A model generated the notes under the pieces. That model did no database searches. It was not told where the DNA came from and saw nothing but the letters and a program-made list of their open reading frames with translations. 64,000 nucleotides of DNA from the NCBI GenBank assembly GCA_965240325.2, contig OZ251236.1, forward strand, positions 1,178,001-1,242,000, written 5' to 3'. Below, in pieces: positions 35,153 to 46,748 of this stretch. Position 1 is the stretch's first letter, and each line of letters opens with the position of its first letter. Made by a program: the position numbers and the translations under genes. Origin of the DNA: Rebecca billardiae RCC1528 (lineage: Eukaryota > Protista > Haptophyta).

Positions 35153-36967
35153 TCATCGCATCGGGTTACGTGCGGTGACATCTTTGATCGTCGCCCGTAG
35201 AACGGCCAGCAGCTCTGTGCGCTCGCCCCCTGAGAGAGGCGGCGCCTCTGCAGGCGCCACTGCGTCGAGCCGCTGCACGATGGACGGCGCGCCCGCGCGC
35301 GCCGCCTGCACGAGGACGCGCGCCAGGTCTGTGCGCGCGAGGACGGCCTCGCTCGCGTGATCGAGCAGCCCGCCCTCGGCCGCAGACAGGAGGACGACTT
35401 GATCGGCGAGTGTGCGCGGCGCGGCATCGTTCGGCTGGCACAGGATCGCGCGGACGGCCGCGCCACGCCGAGCCTGCAGCTCGTCCGTGGCCACACGCGC
35501 GCGGACGGCGGCCGCCTCGTCCGAGAGCGAGTCCGCCGAGTTGACGAGCTCGAAGCGCAGCCCCGCCGCGAGGGGGCGCAACGCCGGCGCGAGCGATGCG
35601 ATGCCCTCGGTGCCCGCGCCGATCCTCGAGAGCGAGGCGTTGAGCGCGAGCGGCGGGAGCACCCCGCGCGCGGCGAGCGCGGGGTCGAGCGTGATGTGCC
35701 CGTCGCTCAACGAGATGGTGTGCTCCGCTGTGCTCGCGAGCACTCGATCGGCGGCAGCGCGTGCCGCGTGCGCTCCGCCTGGCGCAGGCGTCGCCTCAGC
35801 CGAGCTGACAGGCGGTGTGTCGAGGCCGCGCACGCGGATGCCGAGCTTCGCGAGCACCGACGCGGTGACCGCGATCCCACGCTGCTGGAGCGCGAGCAGC
35901 CGCGACCGGTCGCTCGCCTTGATGTCCTTCTCGTCGATGGCGGCGACGTCGATCTCGAGCTCGGCGCCGCCGCCGCCGTCCGCGCGCGCCGCGGGCACAT
36001 CGACGAGGGCGAGCAGAGAGAGGGAGCCGCCGGCCTGCAGCGGCGCGCTCTGCTGCACAAAGGCCGAGAGGAAGGCCCGCAGCTGCGCGTCGTCGGCGAC
36101 GGTGCCCTCTGACACCGTCGGGAGCAGCTCGCGCACTGTCGCCGAGATCTCCGCCCAGAGCGTCGCCAGCGCGGACGCCTTGTCGATGGCGACAAGCGCG
36201 TCCCCGCCCGCGCGGCGCACGGCCGAGCCGAGCGCGAGCGCGCCCGCGATGGCCAGCGCGCCCGAGGAGGGCGTCGGCTCGCCGGCAGCACGCACGGTGC
36301 ACACCGCATCGGGGTCGATGCCAGCCACGTCGCCAACCGACCCAGACGCGTCCGTGCACGCGCCCTCCTCGGCTGCGCGCATCGGCGGCACGAGTGCGAG
36401 GATGGCGACCACGCCGGCGTGCGCGGCGCGATCGAGCATGCGCCTGGCGAGGGCCGACTTCCCTGCGCCCTCGGGGCCGATGATCACCATGCTCTGCCCG
36501 TACCCGATCGGGGTGAGCGCATCCACGACCGTGATGCCCGTGAGCAGAGGCCGATCCACGCGCGCGAGCGCTGACTGCGTGACAGGCGGCTCAAAGAGCA
36601 CAGCGCCGCGCATGGCGCGCACGTCGGCCGTACCGCCATCGACGCGGAGCACACGCGCGAGCTCGCTGAGCTCGGAGCTGTGCCTATCCAGATGGACTTT
36701 CTGCCCTACCGCCAGGCTGGCGCCGCCCTCGCGCGCCTCGCCGCAGGCAGCTGCAAAGACGAGGTGCAGCTGCTGCGCCAGGACGATGCCGCGCACGCCA
36801 CCCTCACCGCCGCCATCGCGCACGGCCGAGCCGGGCGGCACGTCCAAGCCCGGGGGCACCTTGATGACGACCAGCCCTGTTCGCGACTGCGCGCGAGCGA
36901 CACTTCCCTCCACCTGCCGCGCCGTGGCCGTGGCGAGTCCGCGCCGCAGGGTGGCGAGGCGCAGCAT
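35153..36967 (-). CDS. Highly divergent F1-ATP synthase alpha-subunit-like protein with predicted mitochondrial presequence (604 aa)
   Basis: Collinear F1-alpha landmarks: VDRPLLTGITVVDALTPIGYGQ, P-loop GPEGAGKS, GGSLSLL, TISLSDGHITL, SLSRIG, RGAAVRAILCQ, DQVVLLSAAEGGLLD. N-terminus MLRLATLRRGLATATAR. Confidence 0.8.
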   Translation of the reverse strand: MLRLATLRRGLATATARQVEGSVARAQSRTGLVVIKVPPGLDVPPGSAVRDGGGEGGVRGIVLAQQLHLVFAAACGEAREGGASLAVGQKVHLDRHSSELSELARVLRVDGGTADVRAMRGAVLFEPPVTQSALARVDRPLLTGITVVDALTPIGYGQSMVIIGPEGAGKSALARRMLDRAAHAGVVAILALVPPMRAAEEGACTDASGSVGDVAGIDPDAVCTVRAAGEPTPSSGALAIAGALALGSAVRRAGGDALVAIDKASALATLWAEISATVRELLPTVSEGTVADDAQLRAFLSAFVQQSAPLQAGGSLSLLALVDVPAARADGGGGAELEIDVAAIDEKDIKASDRSRLLALQQRGIAVTASVLAKLGIRVRGLDTPPVSSAEATPAPGGAHAARAAADRVLASTAEHTISLSDGHITLDPALAARGVLPPLALNASLSRIGAGTEGIASLAPALRPLAAGLRFELVNSADSLSDEAAAVRARVATDELQARRGAAVRAILCQPNDAAPRTLADQVVLLSAAEGGLLDHASEAVLARTDLARVLVQAARAGAPSIVQRLDAVAPAEAPPLSGGERTELLAVLRATIKDVTARNPMR

Positions 36968-37622
36968 CTTCGCGCTCGCAAGCGACCGAGCGTCCAGCAG
37001 CGGCCCAGCCCACTACGCTCGCCACGTGGAGCGACGCACGCTCAGCAAATTGCGTCATCAGCAACCGCGGAAGCACTCCGCCGAGCCTTTTCATCAATCA
37101 TCATCGAGAAATCGACGATTGCGGATTGTTGCATCACTTGCAGCGGCTCAGGGGAGCCGCTGCTGCCTGCCGCAGGGATCCACGCTGGGTCGCACTGATC
37201 TGATGCATGTCTGATTAGTGATTCCACCTCACTGTGACTGTGAGTCACTCATTGTGAGACACTGTGTGAGTCACTCAGTCACTCAGTGTTAATTAACAGT
37301 GACTCAGGCTCGCAGCATACGGAGTCTGAGTCGGAGTCTGAACGAATCGGCGTGGCCGTCAGGCCGTCAGGGCGGTGGGCGCCGGCCTGAGACCTCCCGC
37401 TGCCGCCGGACAGCACGCCTTGACATCTCGTCCGGGGTCGGTCCAGGTCCTCTGTCTCTGAGACCCCTGAGTCGGCCTGAGTCTGACGTCACCGACGTCC
37501 GACACCGCAGTCCGAAGTGAGTCACGCCTCACGGGCAGTGACGTCACAGTTCGGTTCGTTTAATAATAAGCTGATAACTACCGTTGGCCTCACGCCGCGG
37601 AGAACGTGTAGAGTCTGCTGTA

Positions 37623-37716
37623 TAGAGAGAGAGAGAGAGAGATCGAGAGAGAGAGAGAGAGAGCTAGAGAGAGAGAGAGAGAGCTAGAGAGAGAGAGAGA
37701 GAGAGCTAGAGTAGAG
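37623..37716. repeat. (AG)n microsatellite interrupted by TC/CT insertions
   Basis: AG run with gatcga and agctag interruptions. Confidence 0.95.
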
Positions 37717-38209
37717 ACGACGCTTCAAAGACACTAGACGACAGTCACCGAGTGACCGTCGTGACTCCGTGTGTCGGTGTGGCGCGCCTCGGGCGGTCCG
37801 GCTCCGGGTCTCCGACTCTCCGAAATCGATGATGATTACTCGAATCCGCGGCCAATGATGGGCCCCAATGTCGAATAATAATTCGGTAATAATATTCCGG
37901 CGGATATATCTAGCGGCAGGCGGGATGATGACCGGCGGACAGACCGGTCGCTCATCGCGGCTACAACTGATGGCTGATACTGCCGACCGCCCGACGCTGG
38001 TAGTGGCAGGTTACTCAGCTGGCACTGTCAAGCTTGTCAGACTCAGATGACAGATCGAGCGCGCGAGCTCGTGATGCCTGCAAGCGCGACGCGCGTCCGT
38101 GGCTGGCACGGCGGCGGATCCGCCTGACGCGTCGCATCTCGGGGTCCTAGTTAGGCTGCGAGCATGTGCCGCATGGGCGGCGCAGCCGGCGGCCGCCGCC
38201 CCAGGCTCA

Positions 38210-39354
38210 CTAGGTGTGGACAACGAAGTTTCGCACGGAAGGGATGATCGCGCACAGCGCATCGGGCTCGCGCGATGCGGCCGCTGTGCAGCCTCGTACG
38301 TCGAGCGTCTCGAGGCATCGCACGTGCTCGCCGAGCGCGTGCAGGCTGCGGTCGGTGATGCCGAGCACGCCGTGCACGCTCAGCAGCCGCAGGCCAGGAC
38401 AGCCCGCCGCGATGGCGACGATGCCTGCGTCCGTGATGCGCGTCGCCCACGAGAGAGTGAGCGACTCCATGCGTGGGCAGCCGCGCGCGATTGCGGCGAG
38501 CGCCGCGTCGGTCATCCGGTTGTGCCCCGTGCAGTCCAGCAGCCGGAGCCGCGGGCAGTGCGCCGCCACCTCGATGATGGGCGCGTCCGAGAACTGCGAG
38601 GACGCGTACAGTCGCAGCTCCTCGAGCAAAGAGCAGCTCTGCGCGATCGCCGTGAGCGCGGTGTCGTCCACGGCTGGTAAGCGCGTTATGTCGAGCGAGG
38701 TCAGGAGTTTGAGCTGGCCGGCGACACAGAGGATGCCTGTCGACCGGGCGCGCATACGCATGCACGCGCGCGCGCGAGTGCACATCACAGGCGGGCGCGG
38801 CGTGAGCGGCCGCCACCATCCCCAGCGCTACAGCGCAGCGCCACGCGCGGCACAGCACGGGGGCGGCGCGCACCCGTGCTCGTAACACGGTGGCAGCCGC
38901 TCAGGCAGAGGTTGACAAGCCGGCGGCAGTACAGCGCAATCTTAAGCACACCACGGTCGCTCACGTTGTTGTTCCAGTACAGTGACAGCCGGCGCAGCTC
39001 TCGGCAGCGCATCGCGATGCTCTCGACGCCGGCATCGGTGATGCGGTGGCAGCCATCGAGCACGAGGTCACGGAGCGAGTGCGGCATTTGCGCGAGATGC
39101 GCGTCGGTGAGCGCGTCGCAGAATTGTATGGCGATCGCCGTCGCCTGCGCGAACTTGGGCTGGCGCAGCAGCTCGACTGCTCTCTCCGGCGCCGCGAGCC
39201 CGCGCAGGTCGAGTTGGGCCCAGAACGCGGGCTCGAGGCTGAGCGTGTGCCACTCGCGGCACGTGCGGGCGACGGCCGAGAGGTCTTGCGCGCCGAGATG
39301 TTCGCACACGCACAGCAGGGCGTGCCACGGCTGCGTGTCCGGCGTGGCCGACAT
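38210..39354 (-). CDS. F-box/LRR (FBXL-type) protein; exons 39354-38874 and 38736-38210
   Basis: F-box LLCVCEHLGAQDLSAVARTCREWH..W followed by cysteine-containing LRRs (LxxLxLxGCxxITDAGV); 137-bp GT-AG intron 38873-38737 joins the two ORFs in frame. Confidence 0.92.
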
Positions 39355-39739
39355 GCGCGGACGCGGGCGCGCTCACGCAACAAACGCCAAGCAAGGGGAA
39401 GCCCGGGCTTGGCGCCAGCGCCGAGCGAGCTTCTCAGGCTGGGAGCCCGGTCCGGCCGGCTGGGTGCAAATTCAAAGGTCCGGCGCTTGAAGACGACCAG
39501 TGCACGCTTGAACGGCGACTCGGCGGGTGCGGCACACGCAGGTGACGAGCGCGGCTGCTCGCGCGCCGCGGCCTCGCCGTCAGCGGGGCTAGCGAGGAGA
39601 GGCAAGGCGCGCGTGGGTGGCGTGAGTCGCGTCAGTGCATGCTCCGCCGCTCACACTCACGCGCCTGCGTCCCACCCGGCCCCACGCTCTGCGCGTTCAC
39701 CGCTCGGCAAACCTTACGCATCGCAGTGTGCTCGCAGGG

Positions 39740-40257
39740 ATGGCGCACGAGATCGAGTACAGCGACAAGTACTGCGACGACGATTTCGAGTATAGGTGCG
39801 TGCGCACCGCGAGTGACCCCGCGCGCGCCGCGCGCCGCGCGCCGCGCGCCGCATGCTGTTTTATGCCGACACATTCACGCGTGCGCTGCTACACGTGCCC
39901 TCCCTGCCGCAGGCATGTGATCCTACCAAAGCACATCGCAAAGCAGCTCCCGAAGGGCAAGCTGCTGGCGGAGAATGAGTGGCGGGGCCTCGGTGTCCAG
40001 CAGAGCCGCGGCTGGGTGCACTACTGCATCCACAAGTACGCGCGACGCGTACCCGCACGCGCGACGCGTCACATTCGACCGCGGCAGCTGATCCTCCCCT
40101 CCACCGCCCCCCCCCCTCCGACGCCGACCTGCCGGAACGCGCGCGCAGGCCGGAGCCTCACATCCTTCTCTTCCGCCGACCGCGCGGCACGGACCCGCAG
40201 ACCGGCCTCGTGAACGGCAAGCACATCGACCCAGCAACTGGGCATGTGATGGGCTGA
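39740..40257 (+). CDS. CKS1: Cyclin-dependent kinase regulatory subunit CKS1; exons 39740-39795, 39913-40035, 40149-40257
   Basis: Spliced product reads [48 protein letters not shown], the CKS signature; two GT-AG introns. Confidence 0.97.
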
Positions 40258-40639
40258 GCCACCGCTTCGGCTGTGCGCACGTCCGGAGCCGCTCCACTTC
40301 GAGGCGCCTTGACTTCATGGAGGCTCGGGTTGTCCTCCATCATCGACGTCACCGTGCATCTATCAAGCGGGCGCCGCGAGAGCTGAGACCGCTCCCGCTG
40401 GCGGCGGTGCCTCTGCTACGTGACTGCCGGTCGGCCTGACCACTCACACTGCGTCCGGGTCCACTGAACTTCCAGGTCATTAGCGCCATTCCGGGCTGCC
40501 CGGAATGCGGTGTCATGAGTCTGGCTGTGGCGCCTGTGGCGTGTGACGGCGTCGGGCCGTGTCACGGTACCGTATACCACTGCTATATGGCTCACATGCC
40601 GGTCACGTACTACACATGGCGCAATGCGCAATAGTGTAC

Positions 40640-41540
40640 GGCCTGTTTTAATTCTACGAGAGCCCAACAGCGACATCCGCCAAAACGCGGCAAAATGGCG
40701 GCTGCTTGGCCGCTGGTGCGGTGCCGGCGCGATTGCGGAGTACTGATGGCACGTCGTTGGCGCATTCTCGTACTAGCGCGCTGACCTGTAGCGAAAGATG
40801 TTGCCATGGCATGCTGCTTAGCCTTGCCTGGTGCTTCGCCCTGACACAGGGGTCAGTCGCGGTGCACGGTTGTGTGACGATCGTCGCCGAGGTGGCAGCT
40901 GCGGGCTTGCTGCAAGCTGCAGGCACTCTACCTTGGCTACGTCGCGCCCGTGTCAGTTGGCGACTCTGAACAGGTGATGAACAGATAGACTGCAATCGCC
41001 ACCAGCTCTACAAGCTCCTCCGCCACTACTTTGTCGGGCTTGAGATGCTTCCGTTGCGTGCCGCTCGCATGCAGCTTGCCGCCTGCATTTGAACGCGATC
41101 GTGGCAGGCTGGTTGACGTGGATGCTCAGGCCTCGTCGGCGTAGACTACGATAGGATGCGTGCAACGCGCACTCATGACGCGCGGAAAGGCATGCACACG
41201 CGTTCTCGCGCATCTGGCAGGCTGCAGCCTTGGCCAAGATGAAGAACAAGCCTGCCAGTGCCTCGCCGCGCGAGCGCGAGCGCGCGGAGAGTTCTGCGAT
41301 CCGACCCATGGTGTTGGATGTACCTCGTGTGCGACGACGACGAGGCGGACGAGCGCCGCAACTGGATTCGTGCACTCACCGGTCACCGAGGAGTGCACGA
41401 ATCGCATTCCTCACGCACGTGGAGGCCGCCATCGGCCGTGAGAGGTACATCCAACGGGGCGTGACACCGATTCCCACTGGCGGGCACGGGTTTGTCGCCG
41501 TGACATAGTAAATGGAATCTGGTAGAAATAAAACAGGCCT
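40640..41540. mobile_element. ~900-bp non-autonomous TIR element (Tourist/Harbinger-like), copy 1
   Basis: TIRs ggcctgttttaattctac / gtagaaataaaacaggcc; whole body is a diverged inverted copy of 47901-48810; TSD not clean. Confidence 0.8.
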
Positions 41541-41953
41541 ATAACGGAGTATCAGTATCGACTTACGACTATGCCAGTCGTCGTGCCTCGTGCGGAGCGG
41601 CGTGCGTCGGCCGCGCCCGCGTGGCGTACACTAACACGTCACAGGCGCGGACGCCAATCTTATCTGCTAGCTACTCGCCCTCGGTCCCGTGACGCCTGAC
41701 GAGTGACGGCGTGCCGTGACGGTCAAGACTCAAGTGTAATGGTGTTGCTGCCGCTCAGTCACTGACTGCTGATAGTGCTGATAATTGATGTCGCGTATAC
41801 ATATTATAATTCGCAATAACGTATTGTCGTCACCTTCATCAGAATTAATTTATTCAGTCTCAGACGACTCGGACTGCGTCTTATCAACGGTTATCACTGA
41901 CGATTAGTACGTGTGACGGAGTGATGGCACTGTCACATATGGAATATATGTGA

Positions 41954-41954
<1 letters not shown>

Positions 41955-41995
<41 letters not shown>
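41955..41995. repeat. (TA)n microsatellite
   Basis: TA run. Confidence 0.95.
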
Positions 41996-41997
<2 letters not shown>

Positions 41998-42798
41998 TCT
42001 ATATCTGATAATTCTCGGAATTCGTCCATGGGGGTAGCGCCTCTAGCGGCTAGCCGCTGATCAAATTCAGATCAATGATCATCATCCCGCGTGCCGCGGA
42101 CCCGGCAGTCCCGCGGCCGACACGGCGCGGCCGCACTACTGTACTGGACCGTCTCAGTCTGCGGGGCGCCAGCTGCCGGCTGCCGAGCCCCGGATGGCGG
42201 CGCCCGGACTGGGCCAGCGGGCGGGCGTTGTTACTGTTAGGCGCGGGCTCTAAGCTACGCTGCGCTCTCCGCCTTGCACAGCGGGCCGTAAAAGATGAAT
42301 GTGCAATGTTCAGCCAACAGTATGCGAATAGGTATAGTACTCGCAGCTTAGCTTCACTGATCACTCCGTAAGTACTCGACTATCGCAGTGGGCTCGGGGC
42401 TAGATTCACGTTTCTCCTGATTATTATTCATTCACTAGCTACTAATCAACGGACGACTCGGTACTACTAGCACTACAAGCTAGCAGCCTTAATATAGCTC
42501 AGCTTTTAGGAGTTCAAACTGACGACCCTCCTTCACGCCTGATTTGATCGCCATTCGCTCGCCAGCAGGCTCCGTGCTGCCATCGTCACGCGATTCACGC
42601 TGCAAAGAGTGCAGCACGCAATCTCATTCATCATGCACGTGCGTCAGATTACGGTGCTGGAGGCTGCTGGTCTGAGACTGTAGTCTTGCAGCTACCTCGT
42701 CGGCATCGACACATTCGTGACATCGCATGAGCCGGAGCACACTCACCACGAGGCCCACGCGACGCAACACTTGGTAGTGCGATGGTTGTGGGTGTCAC

Positions 42799-43811
42799 TC
42801 ACGCGCACTTCTCTTTGGAGCCACCGGACGAGCGCTCCTGATGCTCGTGCTCCTCGACCCTGAGACTGGGTGCCTTGCAAGTAGGCGGCGTGGTCGAGTG
42901 CTTGCTCGGCTTGCGCGGCGCCATCATAGCCACACCCTTTGCGAGCAGCTTCTTAAGCCAGACAAGATTGAGAGCAGCGAATGCGACGGTGATGCCAAAA
43001 CACGTGCCAAAGTGAACAGAGCTTGAAAAGCGCCGCTGCACAACCCCCGTCAGCCACAGATGGCGAAGCAGGAGCGCGACACTAGCGACTCGGAAGATCA
43101 GCCCTGCGCGGGGATGGTTTGCACGCGTTGGTCAGGAAAGGTGGGCGCTCGCGGCAGGTCGCGTGATGCGGGCGCCCGGCGCGCACATGATGCCACGCAC
43201 GCCAACGCGCTGACGACAAAAGGAGTGGAGCCCGCGTAGCCAAGCTTGTCCATCACCCAGCCAGCGTAGAGAAAGGGCTGCGAGGTCTGCGCGAGGTGCA
43301 CCCAGAGCATGTACACGATCCCCTCGCGCTTCAGCAGGCAGCTCACCTCTGCCACGATGCCAATGCCGTGGTGGAGCATCTCCAAGGGGCCTGGCTCGTA
43401 CAGAGCGTCATAGATGGTCATGTAGATGAGCTCACCGGCCTCCATCGCCACGAGGATGGCGTCAATCGAGTGGTATGACTGAGGGGAGATGTTGAACAGC
43501 TCTGCGCCCCACACGAGGCGGTCTTGAAGCGCGAGGGCCGCGCCAGCCGCGGAGACGATGCAGTGCACGCCACACACGATCCGTGAGTGCACGCCTCGCA
43601 CGTTGCGCGGCGAGAGCTTGGCGAGCGCCGGGACCCAGCGCGGCTGCAGCACGACTGCGCAAGCGATGTGCACCGCGCACAGCGTCGCCATCCATCCGAG
43701 CGCTGCTAGGACGAGCTCGCTCGTGCCGGGGAGCACCTCGATCTTCACGAAAGGCGCCTTCGTCAGCGACTCCACGGCACCGTCATGGGGATGGAAGGTT
43801 GCGTTGAACAT
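42799..43811 (-). CDS. TLC (TRAM/LAG1/CLN8) domain membrane protein; exons 43811-43187 and 43103-42799
   Basis: SRIVCGVH, MLHH, QTSQPFL and, across the 83-bp intron 43186-43104, WLIFRV followed by LNLVW; multiple TM segments. Confidence 0.88.
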
Positions 43812-44043
43812 GAGCGAGTCGCCGCGCGCTGCACGCCAGCCGACGAGCCCGAGTTGAGACTTTAGTGTGGTCGTGGCCGTTCGCCCGAACGCGACGCTGC
43901 CAACGATTGGCTGCGTTGGCGCCTTTGGGAGAGGGGTGGTACTTTTACATTCCTATCGCGGCGACTTTTCGCTGATTCGGCGATTGGCGATTCACCAACC
44001 TCCAATGAATACAATACTCATCCGTGCGATTCGTCGGCGGACG

Positions 44044-44325
44044 TTTTTTTAAATTCCCCTTTATAACGGGCTCCGGGTGATCAGACTGGCGGCCGAAGCC
44101 TCCAGCCCTACCCTGGCCAGCCCCCAACCAACCACCACCCTCACCCAACCTCAAACCACTGACCGATACACCGAGTGCCTTGACACCACTCCGCTGTGGA
44201 CAGCCCGCCTCCAGAGGGGGCGGGGGTATGCCATTGCCGACAGCATACAAGCCCAACACTGTGGGGTGGTCCCAGGTACCAGCAGTGCACTGCCTTGCAA
44301 TTCGTGTGAACGCCATACAGTTTAC
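44044..44325 (-). mobile_element. Probable 3' end of a dispersed (non-LTR retro-like) element with short poly(A)
   Basis: Minus strand ends ...cccgttataaaggggaattt-A7; the terminal ~75 bp recur at 16587-16669. The boundary towards 44325 is uncertain. Confidence 0.45.
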
Positions 44326-44328
44326 TAA

Positions 44329-46641
44329 GGGCCATTCTGGACCCGGCGGAAAAATTTCAGCCGAGGGTATTCGGGGTAAAAGCCCGTTTTTTCTTGCCGG
44401 CATAGCTATGCCGGCAAAAAGTAACGAGCGTTTGGAAAAAATCTCAACTCGACCCCCAGATGAGATTTTTGCCGTATGTACTACTATGGAAATTGTAAGC
44501 TCTATCTGGCGACCTGTCCTTTGTGAAGCCGAAGTTGGGGGGTCGTCGGAACCCGCCCCGCGGTACTGGGCTGCCCCGGCCGGCGCCGATCATGGTGTCC
44601 CGCCGCCGCACCCGCCCCGCTGCCCCGTGAGCTGGAGCGCGCGGGTGGGAACGGTGCGATCGCGGGTCCACCTTCCCCCACACCAAGCGATGTGCTGCGA
44701 TTCGCTTTCCTCCGTGGTCACCAAGCGCGCGCACGCTCCTGCTCTTGCGCCTCCGCGCCAAATGCGCAGATGTGCGACCGCACGCGACAGCGTACGCTGA
44801 CGCTGCATCAGGGCTTGAAGTACGCACTGGTACGGCATAATGCTCTGATTGCGCATACGCCGCGCTTTGCCCCCGCGCGCGTTACCGTCATCGTGACGTG
44901 CATGCGCATCCGGAGGCATCGAGGAGTGAATCGGCACGAGAGCATGATGTTCACCCTTTTCTTGCGGCGTCGCCAGATGCCGTTCGCGGTGCCAGTGCGC
45001 GCGCCCACGTGCCCCGGCTTTTTGTTATCCACGCGCTACTCAGAAGCCTACGCCGCTTGGTGCTCCCCCTGCACGGGCATCAGCGTGCTGGCCTTCGTGC
45101 CACTCCCAAGGCCAGACGTGCGACTCAGATGGGGCGAATGCGCGACACGCCTTGTTTGTTACCTGTGATGGCATGTACGTTGAGCACTCGCCGTGCGGCT
45201 AGCGCGATTGGTGCTCATTAGGAGTCTTGCGGTGGAGAGCAGTCCAGAGCCTAAGTTGCCAGCGCTTACATCTACACCACCCCTGATCGCGCGTGACAAC
45301 TCTCAGCCTCAGGCTGTAAAATGTCATGCTGTGCACTCATGCCAGCTCATCTACTCAACGTCTCACGCCAAACGGCGTTTGGCCGCGACTGCGGCTCAGC
45401 GCTGGCGACTTTGCCCGGACGTGAGCAAACGTACATTCGCCCCCACAACCGCGCCGGCGCCATTCAAGATGCGCTCGTGCCGACCACTGTCAGTGCTCTA
45501 GTAGCTCACTGAGGACGTGCTCGCGCTTTTCATGCCGACACCAGTGTGCATTGAGCTAGGCGCTCTTGTCACTCGCGCGCGCAAGAGCGAAGTGAGTACG
45601 TACAAGGCCTGGCCAGAGACAAGGGCGGTAAGGGCTGTCAACTCCGAGTGGCGCCGAGTGGCGGAGGTTGGGCGCCCCTCAACTCGTGCGGCCTCGCGGC
45701 GCAGCGGCTAAGTCTCCTGGGGCGCAGCCCTGGAGGGCGCGTGGGGTGCGCACGCCGCGTGCTCCTGCGGCCGCGGCAGCGGCCGCGGACACGGCGCGCG
45801 TGGTTGGTCGTATCATCTGGCGCGAGGCGGCATGACGCGCGCCCATCATACGTGAGCCTCGCCCCGGGCGCGCGCCCGACCCGCGCCGACCGCACCGCGC
45901 ACCGCGCGCGCGCCGGCGGCTGGCGCGTGGCCACGGCTGGCTCTTGGTGCGGCGCGCGTGCGCGGCTGGCCTGAGGCGCGGCGAGGGCGCCGGCAAGCGC
46001 GGCGCGCGGCGTGAGAGGGTACTACGTGCTGTCTAGCAGGCGACCAACCACGCGCGCCGTGTCCGCGGCCGCTGCCGCGGCCGCAGGAGCACGCGGCGTG
46101 CGCTTCCCCACGCGCCCTCCAGGGCGGCGCCCCAGGAGACTTAGCCGCTGGGCCGCGAGGCCGCACGAGTTGAGGGGCCCAGAACCTCCGCCACTCGGCG
46201 CCACTGGGAGTTGACAGCCCTTACCGCCCTTGCCAGAGATCAGGTGTGGGAGCGCTGCACGCTGCTGCAAAGCCGTGCCTGGTGCCACATCTGCAAGTTG
46301 GCTGCCGTCCTCGCCGTGCTCGAGCACTTCGCCCAGCGCTAGCGCCCAGCGCGCAAGCACGCCCTTGACCCGCTCACACGCGCATGGCTCGCGCCGTGCG
46401 CCTCGCCGCTGCCCATCGCGACAGGTGTCTACGGGCGGTGCGTGGGCGGCGCTTGCAGCACGGGCGATGGCTGATGGCGTTCTGCGACGAGCCCCGTTGC
46501 GACATCGGTCCGCGTCCTATGAGCTCGCGTTCGATCTCGCGACCTGTAAGTCGTTTCGTACGCGAACCGTCGGCAAGAAAAAACGGGCTTTTACCCCGAA
46601 TACCCTCGGCGGAAATTTTTCCGCCGGGTCCAGAATGGCCC
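44329..46641. mobile_element. Non-autonomous PIF/Harbinger-like DNA transposon (2313 bp)
   Basis: 71-bp TIRs (44329-44399 / 46571-46641) starting GGGCC with one mismatch; TAA on both flanks (44326-28, 46642-44); no transposase seen. Confidence 0.9.
45621..46231. mobile_element. Nested long-TIR MITE, Mutator-like (611 bp)
   Basis: ~190-bp TIRs (45621-45810 / 46041-46231); flanks gccagagac / gccagagat, a 9-bp duplication with one mismatch. Confidence 0.85.
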
Positions 46642-46748
46642 TAAGAATAAGAGACGCACCAGAGCTCAGGCAGGCGAGATCATCGCCCATCGGACGTGGC
46701 ATCTCCCTCGCGTGGCTGACGACGCTGCCCTTCCGCTGTTGGACCGAG

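Noticed and set aside
35153-36967. Calling this the canonical atp1/atpA
   Set aside because: Too many invariant alpha motifs are lost, so no gene symbol is given.
46230-46748. N-terminal part of the 400-aa ORF
   Set aside because: It runs through transposon interior and TIR sequence.
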